The translations under genes were made by a program, and so were the position numbers. The notes beneath the pieces were generated by a model. It was not told the origin of the DNA, made no database searches, and worked only from the letters and a program-made list of their open reading frames with translations. Of a stretch of 64,000 nt of DNA, positions 54,068 through 64,000 are shown one piece after another. The DNA comes from Adineta vaga (lineage: Eukaryota > Animalia > Rotifera), in the NCBI GenBank assembly GCA_021613535.1, contig CP075492.1, positions 5,394,001-5,458,000 on the forward strand, read 5' to 3'. Positions within the stretch are counted from its first letter, which is position 1. Each line of letters opens with the position of its first letter.

Positions 54068-55450
54068 GTGTGGTGATATCAATATATGATCATCTCTCCT
54101 AATCACTTATGCGTACCCTCCCGCTATTGTCGTCTCCCGCGCTACTTTCTCTCTCTCTATATACCCATTGTAACGAAATTTAGATAGAGACCTTTCGTTA
54201 CCACTGCAGTATATCTTTATTGTTGATCAACAATGAAAAGCTGGATGAGAAGCGTTACCGCTATCCTTGATGTATGATGTTCTTCTTGCTACATCATTAA
54301 TCCAATTCTGTCCAAGTTACAAACAACACGCGCTTATATACTAGAGAAGACGCGTAGAATAGAATGAATGAGAGATGCAATGTTTGAGCAGTTACTATCG
54401 ATCAATCGGTCATGACCTGAATGTTGAACGGTCATCAGACACATATTCTTGACCGATAGAGAATCACCGAGCGGGCTATTCATCTTATCAGCACACCCAT
54501 CTCGGCCCTGAAACGGCTGAATGTTGGTGGATTTCCCCCGCGTCCTTCCAATTGTATCCTACCGGAAACTAGGAGCTTTTTTCGGAAAAATCTGTTCATT
54601 TTCGCAACAGATACGGGCACTCGGAAAAGGATGGAGACGTGCTGATCCAAAAAATTTTCAAAACAAGATTTTTCAGCAATGAAAAATTTCTTTATTATAA
54701 TTTCTTAAATGAGTTGTTCTCAAAGCGACAGTTTCGTTCACCAGGGAACGTGGTTTTCCTGAGAATTCTGTTGTCGAAATCTGAACCTATTTTCGACATG
54801 GTGAAGAGATATGATCGTTTGCAAAGTACGGGATCTATGCGGAATGGTAATGAATCCGGGTACGGCGTAATACGGTCTGAATACTATTTCGATTTCTGTG
54901 TGCCCTTCCGGACGGAAACGGTTGGGAACCTCTGGGACAGTCTAGCTTTTACGGGTTTTTTCTATTGATACTGGAGGCCGGAACGACTGACCTGGATACG
55001 CGTGGATTGTATTACTAAGTGATGACATTGTGGCTATGTGAGATAGCTTAGTAGACATCTACACCGTGAGAAGCGGTGAGCTACTCAAGCAATTTGTTGT
55101 TACAACAAGAATTTTCGGGGACATTGAGTTCCCTGTAAATAGTTTAAAAGACGCTTTTAGTAATGTGTGTATCTTGAGGATGTGCATACTGAGCCAGTCA
55201 AAACCTACTATTATCCATACCCACGCCCTCAATGTACATTTTATGACACTGATATAGTTTGACATTGACACATTATAGAACTGTATCGTATTTTAATTAT
55301 TTTGTGATGATAATGGACTTGTCAAACATGTATATTGTTTACTTTTCATAATTATAGTTCAAAAGAATTGTGCGCGATATATTTGATTACTTTAAATACA
55401 ATGCATAAACAAACTCTTTATAGCTCTCCTATTAACATGTTACAGCAATA

Positions 55451-56449
55451 ATGAAATGTTATAATGTAACCGTTTCTACGCCGAAAATGCTGATCTGCTT
55501 AGTTACTACTATTGTTACTACTATATATTTCGGTATTTTTAGAAACGATTATGATTTCATTTCCGAGAATAATTATTATCAACCGCGAGGTGTCATCGCG
55601 ACACTTATCCGTAGCGATGATCGATCTGTTTTCTTAACCATTAATATGATCCATTCTGTAGTGAGGTTTCATTCAATTAAAAATAACTCATTCTATCCAA
55701 TCATTATTTTTCATGATAACAGCTTTACATCTGCCATGCGCCAACGCATAGTATCATGTACAGTTAGGAATAATACAGAAATAAAGATTTCATTTGCTCT
55801 TGCCGATCTTCAAACATCAATACAACCCAATAATGGATCACGATCCAACAAACCAATTAGCTATCGTCTGATGTGTCGATTTTGGACACATGATATCTTT
55901 TATCACCCATCGATCACTGGTGGTCAATATGATTATCTTATGAGAATGGATGCTGATTCGTATTTCTCCGATGTGACTAAAAAGGATCTTTTTATATATA
56001 CAGACAAGCAAAAACTAGATTATGTTTATCGTGCTGAATACTGGGAACCAATCACACCAATGAAGCCTGTTCTGAAACATTTTCTTTACGATATATCCGA
56101 AGTCTCTAGCTGCATTTACAATAATTTCTTTATAGTTCGATTAAAATGGTATCACGAATCAAAACGAGTTCAAACTTTCGTCAATGAGTTAGTTCGCGAT
56201 GATTTAATGATTCGTGAATACATTGGCGATGGATGTGCTCATGCAGCTATGTTAAAAATTGATAATCAGGTCAAAGTAAAACGCATCACTGATATTTCCT
56301 ATGGACATAATTATCATGTAATGACGCGTTGGGGAGTACTGAAATTTGTGAAAGTGGAGCAGTTTGAGGTGGAAATAAAAAAATCTTGTGAACAATTGAT
56401 AGTACTTCGAGACACTAGTGGTATACTCACTCAAATACCGATTCCATAA
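55451..56449 (+). CDS. GT15 (KRE2/Mnt1-like) alpha-1,2-mannosyltransferase, intronless, 332 aa
   Basis: Motifs YPIIIFHD, SYRLMCRFW, YDYLMRMDADS, IYNNFFI and YIGDG (canonical RWGDA). N-terminal TM helix. Confidence 0.85.
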   Translation: MKCYNVTVSTPKMLICLVTTIVTTIYFGIFRNDYDFISENNYYQPRGVIATLIRSDDRSVFLTINMIHSVVRFHSIKNNSFYPIIIFHDNSFTSAMRQRIVSCTVRNNTEIKISFALADLQTSIQPNNGSRSNKPISYRLMCRFWTHDIFYHPSITGGQYDYLMRMDADSYFSDVTKKDLFIYTDKQKLDYVYRAEYWEPITPMKPVLKHFLYDISEVSSCIYNNFFIVRLKWYHESKRVQTFVNELVRDDLMIREYIGDGCAHAAMLKIDNQVKVKRITDISYGHNYHVMTRWGVLKFVKVEQFEVEIKKSCEQLIVLRDTSGILTQIPIP

Positions 56450-57265
56450 CAAACGAAAATACATGTCCTGTCACAGTTGTTTGTCAAAAGTGGAAGCAAG
56501 TGGTCATGGCCACGAGAGTGAATGTATGCAAATGCAAATTACTATCAAGATACGTATCGATGTATACGGTTATGAAAATCGGTTAAAATACAACTCTAAA
56601 TATGATTAAATAGATAACCATAATTATAATTAAGGGCTACTGCGAGTAAAACTGTAATACATATTCTAAAATTATTCATCTAGTGTGACGATTTCCGATT
56701 GAAAGAGGCAGTAGCGCTGATGGAGCTATCCTTTCGTTTATTTCTTCATGCTATAAAGCACATCGATCTCACATGAAACAGTCACTTATATACCCTTCCT
56801 CAGGAGAAAAGGATAAAGGATTTTAGGGGCAGAATACACAATAAGAACAAATATCAGGATGTAACGCTTTCCACTGATTTCGTCACACTTATCCAAGTAG
56901 AGATATATCAAGTTCTAGTGAAAGAGTTTTCAACCTGTTGCTGTACAATCCATCGAATTCAATAAATCATTTTTTGTTGCGAGTGAGAGTATGATCAAAT
57001 TGACATGAATAATAATGAACGAGCACACACACTCACAGCCTCAAAACAACCTTACATTGACATCTATGATGTTAAATTTTCTTTGATTCACAACAAATGT
57101 TTTGTCATCGAAGGATTGCCGAGTGAAAGTGTCGGCGTGGATAGAGAGAAATTATCCATCGAAACGAATACAGACGTAGTGGAAGATCAGATTGAGATGG
57201 GGCAGCATAAATTAAGTGATTTAATGGAGCTTTTCTTGTTCTGCAACTTTAATCTAATCGCATGT

Positions 57266-58011
57266 TTTTTTTGTACTCAAAAAGTGAGTACACTACTAAA
57301 ATCGGTCAGTGTGTCCGTCCGTCCGTCCGTTTATCCGATAACTTTCGAAAGGAGAGTCCGATTGAGCTGAAATTTTCCACACAGTTTAGCCTCAGTAATA
57401 TCTCAGTCAAGTTCGAAGATGAGACCGATCAGCCAAGAATTGCTTGAGTTCTCGTAAAAATACTGAAAACTGGCCAGACCATCCCTGAGGAGGAGTACAG
57501 GGATTTTTTGCCAAAGTTTTTTTTTCGTCATTTTCACAGGATATATCGGTCTGTTGGGCTTCATGTGCATTACCTTTGTGTCGTCAAAATCAGAGAGTGA
57601 ATGTGGGTGATATAAGTGATCTGGGTGAAATTTCACCCAGATGGTTTTATGATGGGTAAAATCTCCAAACTTCGTATGGTGGTTTCCTAGGCACGATATA
57701 ACGTCGAGAACTTGTTGGCACATGAGGAAGGAGTGTGGATGACGATGAGGGCAAGGTTAACCTGGGTGAAGTGTCAGTCAAGATGTTCCACGTAGATAAC
57801 GTCACCATAGTTTCTCAGGTGGTTTCCTAGGTCTACAGAAACGTCCATAAACTGTTGGCACAATAGTAAAGATAAGAAGTTGACCTATGTAAAGTTTCAT
57901 GGTAACATACAAGATGAAAATAGATGGTATACGCATAAGCCAGGTAATTTATTTCATATGATGAAAACTGAGTGCACTGCTTGAACAGTTTAGTATGTCT
58001 GCGCATCCGTT
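57266..58011 (+). mobile_element. Helentron-associated non-autonomous element (HINE/DINE-1-like)
   Basis: T-run followed by the palindromic 5' end TGTACTCAAAAAGTGAGTACA, then a (GTCC)n microsatellite. TGAGTGCACT repeat near the 3' end. No TSD seen. Confidence 0.6.
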
Positions 58012-58983
58012 CATAGACACGATAATTCCTGAAGTATTGGTACAGTTCTGATGAAGTTTTCTACGGATTATTGCAACAATGATACCTCACTTGAGTTTGA
58101 AGAAGCACCTGATCAGCCGAACTATTTGTGAGTTATTGGAAATAGTGGTATTTCGTTATGACTTTATTATGTCTTCTATCTGATATACTTTTTGCAGTAC
58201 ACATAACATTCGGATAAAATCCGAAGTTTCCGCATTTATTTCTATTTTTTTCTCAGTCCAAGATATTTTCGTTGGTATCAATGATGGAACTATCTTGAGG
58301 GTCTGGATGGGTGTGGGTGTGAAAATAACACTTACCATCACCCACACCCACACCATCGTAAGTTACTTAAATATAGATAACATTATTTTAAATTGTTTCA
58401 CGTATTAGTGAGACAAAGTGTAAACAACCTCTAAATGATCACGCACTTATCGCTATTTTGGCCAAGTTTTGCAGGATGACTGTTTCAACTGAGGAAGAAA
58501 ATAATGATTTATTAGATATGCCAGGACAAGGCTCATTAATTACTGATTCTTTTGCTACTCCAGCTATTTCATAAAGCACTGTAGAACGTTTAATGATAAC
58601 CTTTGTGTATTCACTATCAAGACAAATAATAAGAGAGCTAATTCGTAAATAATGTTTGGCATGTCTGTTCTTTCGTTAAATAGAAAGAATGACAAAGCAA
58701 GACGCATATTCTTATACAGCGAAATATGCTCTGCAAACTGATTCCAAATGGATTTGAAAAATCTGAACTTCAACTTTGGCCACGCTGGTTCACCTAACGA
58801 TGGACAAGCTCAAATATGTTGACAATAGCTGTGCTAATGTTACTATGTTAAAAATTAATATCTAGACTCGAATAAAACTCAATACTATAATGCTTCTTAT
58901 GGTCTTAAGTGTCATCTGATCCCACACTAGGAAGAACTGACATATGTTATAGGAAAATAGTTTGCACTACATAGAGTAGTCAA

Positions 58984-59158
58984 TAGTGGCGGCGCCAAGG
59001 GGGGTGGGGGGGCTGGCGGGGGCTAAGCCCCCCTCAGAAATTGTTTGAGCTCCCTCAGATTTTATAAAATTCTCGCAGAAAACTAATGATTTTCTTACAA
59101 AAATATCGAATTTTGGGGGCTGAGCCCCCTTCAAGTGAAAATCCTGGCGCCGCCTCTA
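58984..59158. mobile_element. 175-bp hAT MITE
   Basis: TIR TAG(T/A)GGCGGCGCCA. 8-bp TSD gtagtcaa/gtaaccaa. Confidence 0.85.
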
Positions 59159-60051
59159 GTAACCAATAAGTTCTCGGAACTCTTTATATCTCATCAAGAG
59201 AACTAGAATTCTTCACTATTTTTACATCATATATTTGATTTAGTTGTTGTGACATTGTATAGAAAGTTTCATCGTTCTAACTCATTCTGTTGATATTCTA
59301 TCGAGATAAATATTAGGTAAAAAAATGCCTCCTTGGTTATTACATCTGCTATATGGATATAGATGATTATCAGCTAGTCTCTTTTTTACTCGTTTCATGA
59401 AGTGGTATACCGAATGATTAGCTCAAGGTGAATACACTGCATAAGCCGTAGCTTCGTTTGCTTCACTTTAGAATAGGTAATAATGGTGTTCCACATGTTG
59501 CTTAAAAATCACTAATGAGACTGTTCCATAACAATACGGTTTTATTAAGACAACTTTTGTTTCTATGAACTTTGATATCTTTGACTACTATGAATCACAT
59601 TGTCAGCTACTATGGAAACTACTGTAAGGTAAAAAACTGCTAAAATCTCGGAAACCGCTGACATATCTTGAGGTACCCATTCCATAGAAGTGAAAGTTGC
59701 CTGTGAATAACTGGTTTCTCTGAGCATCCGTAATCTTAATGATATTGGATTCAGTATTAGGCTCATAGAGTTCAGTCTGATATTTGCTAATGCTATCGTA
59801 TTGAATCTATTTACTACTTAGCAGATTCATGAAAATTTTAAGATAAATAAAACTAGTAAAAGTTCACCAATAACCAAGGAGGCATTTTTTTACCTAATAT
59901 TTATCTCGATAGAATATCAACAGAATAAGTTAGAACGATGAAACTTTCTATACAATATCACAACAACTAAATCAAATATATGATGTAAAAATAATGAAGA
60001 ATTCTAGTTCTCTTGATGAGATATAAAGAGTTCCGAGAACTTATTGACTAC

Positions 60052-60934
60052 CAGAGATGGGCAGCTCCGACCCTTTCGATCTCCAACTCAGCTCCAGACA
60101 ATACCAGACCGCTCCTCTCCGACTCCGCTCAATATTGCAAAATAGACTTTCGACTCGGCTCTAGCTCCGCTCCCAATGAATAATAGTCGCTCCAGCCCAG
60201 CTCCAGCTCTAGCTTTAATATGAAAAATTTGCTCCGACTCCACTCCAGCTCCGTTTCGACTCCGCTCCTGAATCAAATTTTCTTGATTATGCTTTATGAT
60301 TAGTCATGTTTACTGAATTTCTCATCCTAGTCTACATATAAAAGCATGTATATAAAGTACCAAAAAACATTGATTAACTATATATTTAACTTAGCGAGAA
60401 TATAATATGAAACACATTAGTAGCAATATACAATAGATTAATGAACTACGTGACGATTAAGTTTTAATAAAGTGAGCAATGAAAGAGGAGTATTCTTCGA
60501 TATTGAATCGTTATTATCGATGATAGTAACAGGAGATAATTCATCGATGGGAAGATCAAGTGTGTGTTACCATGATAATCGTTTTTGTTCAATTCAGACT
60601 TAGCTGAGAGGTATTGTTCGGATTATACACTGTTCACGTGTCGCATTTTATATCATGTCTTTTCTCTCTTGGGCGTAACCTTATTTTTCACTCTCTGAAA
60701 TTTACGATATGTCAGCCAATTAGTCAGATAATAAAATCGTAAATGGACGGTCAGCCGTTGTCTGAGATGCCGTCAAGGACGTAAAATTAAAAACAAGATA
60801 ATAAATGTAATGAGCGCACAATGACCAGCCATTTTTCATTAATTTTTCTATGTATCGCATGAGAACATTTAAGAAAAAGGAGCGGAGCTAGCTCCATGGA
60901 GCGATCGCTCCGGAGTCGAAGTTGCCCATCTCTG
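60052..60934. mobile_element. 883-bp hAT non-autonomous element
   Basis: TIR CAGAGATGGGCA. Perfect 8-bp TSD ttgactac. Subterminal GCTCC/ACTCC arrays. Confidence 0.9.
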
Positions 60935-61571
60935 TTGACTACCCTATGTAGAAACTGAGAAATTGCAGTGACAGTTATTAGTAAGTCAGGGATGCCAATT
61001 GCATACCAAATCAAATATGTTCTTTTGTACAAAAAATAACAGTTTTCTTCATTCCACTTTTACATCGATTTATATTTTGTTTGAAACAACTAGAATGTGC
61101 CACAAGACACAGTATAAAATGAACTACAATCTACAAAGGAAAGCTTATTTTATTTGTGTAATTTCTGCTGTTAGAAAAAAGAAAAATCATGTGCAATCAA
61201 TTTTTGACGCTCCCAAAATATAATTTTTTCTTATTTCATCTTTATATCACCTAATGTGCTTTTCCGAAGAGAAACGAAATACCGGAGAATATGCAGTGTA
61301 AAATGTATTTGAGTTATGTGCTTTTCAGTTTTCAAAACAGCAAAATTTCATGACACCAATGCGTAACATTGCGAGAAAATGATTTTTCGGCAAGGATGAG
61401 CAATTTCTTTCTTCTTACTTGAACAGATTGTTCCCCATAAATAATAGTTTTTTGCACTGCATCTTTTGATGTATATTTTTTGACATGCATATTAATTGCC
61501 GAAGCGATGAAATATGAAAAAGGAATATGTCGTTGACATAGAAAAAAAAGAGATTTACGCAGCGTCGAAAG

Positions 61572-62236
61572 TAGTGTCCTGCACGGGTGCACTTTTTTGT
61601 ACCCGAAACCGAACCGGCTTTTTTTTATTGCCCGAGTCCGAACCTACCCGGCTAGTATGCACCCGGACCCGAACCGGACCGAACCGAACCGGCTCCATTT
61701 ATAATTTTTTAGAATGAAATAACACTTCTAAATCCTTTTTTTATTCCACCAACATATTCTATAAATATGGTACATAGACAACAATGAAGCAGATAAACTA
61801 TCTAAAATCAAGTAGAAAAACAATTGAATCAAGAAAATCATAATGTAGTTTTATCTTTCTGCTTCTAGAATACGATCAGTTTCACTAAAGACATATTCAC
61901 TTGCGGTTGATGAAGCTTGAATAGAAAAGCGTGGAGAAACTTAACGTAAGAATCGTGAAAATATCGCTGAGTGCTTCTTCCATCACATTAATATATTTTC
62001 ACCTTCACCAAAATTGCTATTCATTTTCATGTATTCCATTAGTTTACAATATTCTTTCTTATCATATTCATGATCTGTAGAGCTTTTCTTTTTTACATAG
62101 TCATAGTATTAGATTATAAAGTTACAAATTCAATGATGTCACTAGTTCCCGGTTCGGTTTGGGTAAGCAGTTGTACCCGGGACCCGAACCGGATTTTTTT
62201 ATTATGCCCGGCACCCGGCCGGTTTACAGGACTCTA
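61572..62236. mobile_element. 665-bp hAT non-autonomous element
   Basis: TIR TAG(T/A)GTCCTG. Perfect 8-bp TSD gtcgaaag. ACCCG/AACCG subterminal motifs. Empty site at 16736-16743. Confidence 0.9.
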
Positions 62237-62766
62237 GTCGAAAGTCGGTCGCACACAATTTCACTTTCGTTTGAAAGTAGCAAGCACACAAATAAAGTAA
62301 GCTTTACTTTGCAGATCGTAGTTCTTTTCATGTTCTAGCTTGTAGTATATCTTATTTGCTTTGAAGAAAATATAAAGCGACGTAGAAGTGGAATAGAATA
62401 GAATAGAACATTTTTTTTGTCAAGAACAGATGACAGAAGAATGCTTATAAAGAATTTCCTAAAACCAATGATTCAACTTAATATGAATTAAAAATCTAGT
62501 GCTATACATTTCAGAGAGCATGAAGCTCATAAGAAGAAAAAAAAGAAGAAGAAGACTAGTTACTCGCAAGCACTCATGATGCCTTCTAGTTTTTCATCGA
62601 TAGATAGTGCGAGTAAGTGAGTAGAAAGACGCTTTCTTAACACACTGATTCACATTAATGTCTTCAAGTAATTTGAAGGCAAAGGATAGTTAGCTTTGGA
62701 ACAGGTAGTGGAAATGACCAGAAAAATAACAACATTTAAAAAGCCGATGCTAAATAAAACTAAGGA

Positions 62767-63447
62767 CAACGTAGGTAAAATTAGCACCGTATTCGAGTAT
62801 TTTTTGTTAGGATTCGCCTGTAAACTTGTGCTGGTCTTCGAAAAGGTTGTGTTGGATACAGAATTGAATTCTCTTTCGAATGATGCCAATTTTAATAGGG
62901 GTCACCGTCCAAAAACTGAAGTTTTCGACGAAAAACCGGTGTTTTCACCCATTTTTTGGACTTGAAACTTTTGTATTTCTTGCCCGGATTCGCTTGAGCA
63001 CTTGTGCTGTGTCTAAGAATGGATGTGTTGGATTTAGAATTTAATTCTCTATCAAATGATGTAGTTTTTGAAGAGGGTCACCGAGGGAAAAAATCATCAC
63101 ACCCACACACCCACACCCTCGCCTCCGGTAATGCCGCCTAAGTCCTACATCATTTGATAGAGAGTTAAATTCTGAATCGAACACATCCATTCTTAGACTC
63201 AGCACAAGTTCTCAAGCGAATCCGGGCAAGAAATACAAAAGTTTCAAGTCCAAAAAATGGGTGAAAACACCGGTTTTTCGTCGAAAACTTCAGTTTTTGG
63301 ACGGTGACCCCTATTAAAATTGGCATCATTCGAAAGAGAATTCAATTCTGCATCTAACACAACCTTTTAGAAGACCAGCACAAGTTTACAGGCGAATCCT
63401 GACAAAAAATACTCGAATGTGGTGCTAACTTTTCTTACCTGCTGTTG
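62767..63447. repeat. ~680-bp fold-back element (arms ~300 bp, ~80-bp loop)
   Basis: 62767-63064 is the reverse complement of 63145-63447 with few mismatches. The loop contains CACACCCACACACCCACACCC. A lone piggyBac-type end (AAAGGG|TTAA) follows at 63555. Confidence 0.88.
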
Positions 63448-64000
63448 AACTGTACTCTTTACGAAATAAATGTACTGAGACCTAATAGAATAATTTAATT
63501 TTGTTATGTTTGATGCGTTATGACTTTTAGAAAAAATAATCCGGTCTTCAAAGGGTTAAAGAATTCCGTTATATAAATAATCCTAGAAAAAAAGTGCTCT
63601 AAAAACGTAAAGGAAAGTATTCATTCATAAATAAGAAAATCCTGTCTGTATTATTCTAATTAGTTAGTTAGTTCATCCATCATAATATACTGTGTCGATA
63701 GCTTAGAGTTCTTAACAATCAATAAACATATTTATTCCATTATTCATATGTTATTCCAAATCATTTCATATGAAATAAATGTGTATATATATATTGTATC
63801 GCATATAAGTCAGCCAGTTTGTTGATTTAGAAAGAATATCTTAAAAGAAAGAAATGTTTGGCACCAATATATACAAAAAAATTTCCGTTGTCCATATGCA
63901 CATCGATTTAGTGAATCCGTCAATATCGCTTTTAACGTATAGTATAGTATAATGATAGAATTATTGCTAGTGTATATTGCTCCTAATATATCTATCGGAA

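Larger units (their letters stand above)
58970..60948. mobile_element. Tc1/mariner-type non-autonomous element with ~190-bp TIRs, both interrupted by hAT MITEs
   Basis: TA TSD. TIR CATAG(A/G)GTAGTCAATAAGTTCTCGGAACTC...GCCTCCTTGGTTATT. Empty site in the paralog at ~16123. Confidence 0.85.
42000..64000 (+). repeat. Tandem segmental duplication, copy 2 (runs to the window end)
   Basis: Same gene and TE order as copy 1. GT61, the Rel-like gene and GT15 have intact frames here. Confidence 0.95.

Noticed and set aside
57005-58800. Coding-like fragments around the Helentron-type element
   Set aside because: Many stops and no identifiable domain. It may be an old pseudogene, but I cannot support a call.

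Overview
AT-rich eukaryotic genomic DNA with short (~50-60 bp) GT-AG introns. It most resembles a bdelloid rotifer, inferred from intron size, non-metazoan-type CAZymes and TGTGGG-like motifs; this is not proven. The window is a transposon-rich island in which almost every host gene encodes a predicted type II membrane glycan-modifying enzyme: an FkbM-family methyltransferase, two uncharacterised glycosyltransferase-like genes, a decayed Fringe/GT31-like gene, GT61, a GH125 mannosidase and a GT15 mannosyltransferase. Among them is a 9-exon gene that the ORF track only shows in fragments. Spliced by hand, it encodes ~605 aa with a possible inactive OTU-like domain plus a divergent Rel-homology (NF-kB/NFAT-like) domain and an IPT domain. 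The segment ~20.2-42.0 kb is tandemly duplicated at ~42.0-64.0 kb, with the breakpoint inside an older direct repeat. Mobile DNA includes a MULE, a piggyBac, a Gypsy LTR-gag remnant, a Helentron-type element and many MITEs. Two stand out: a piggyBac MITE in a GH125 exon that carries in-frame splice sites, and two different hAT MITEs inserted at the same 8-bp site in the two TIRs of one Tc1/mariner-type MITE. Part of the first repeat copy (~32-41.9 kb) is indel-rich and may contain sequencing or assembly error.
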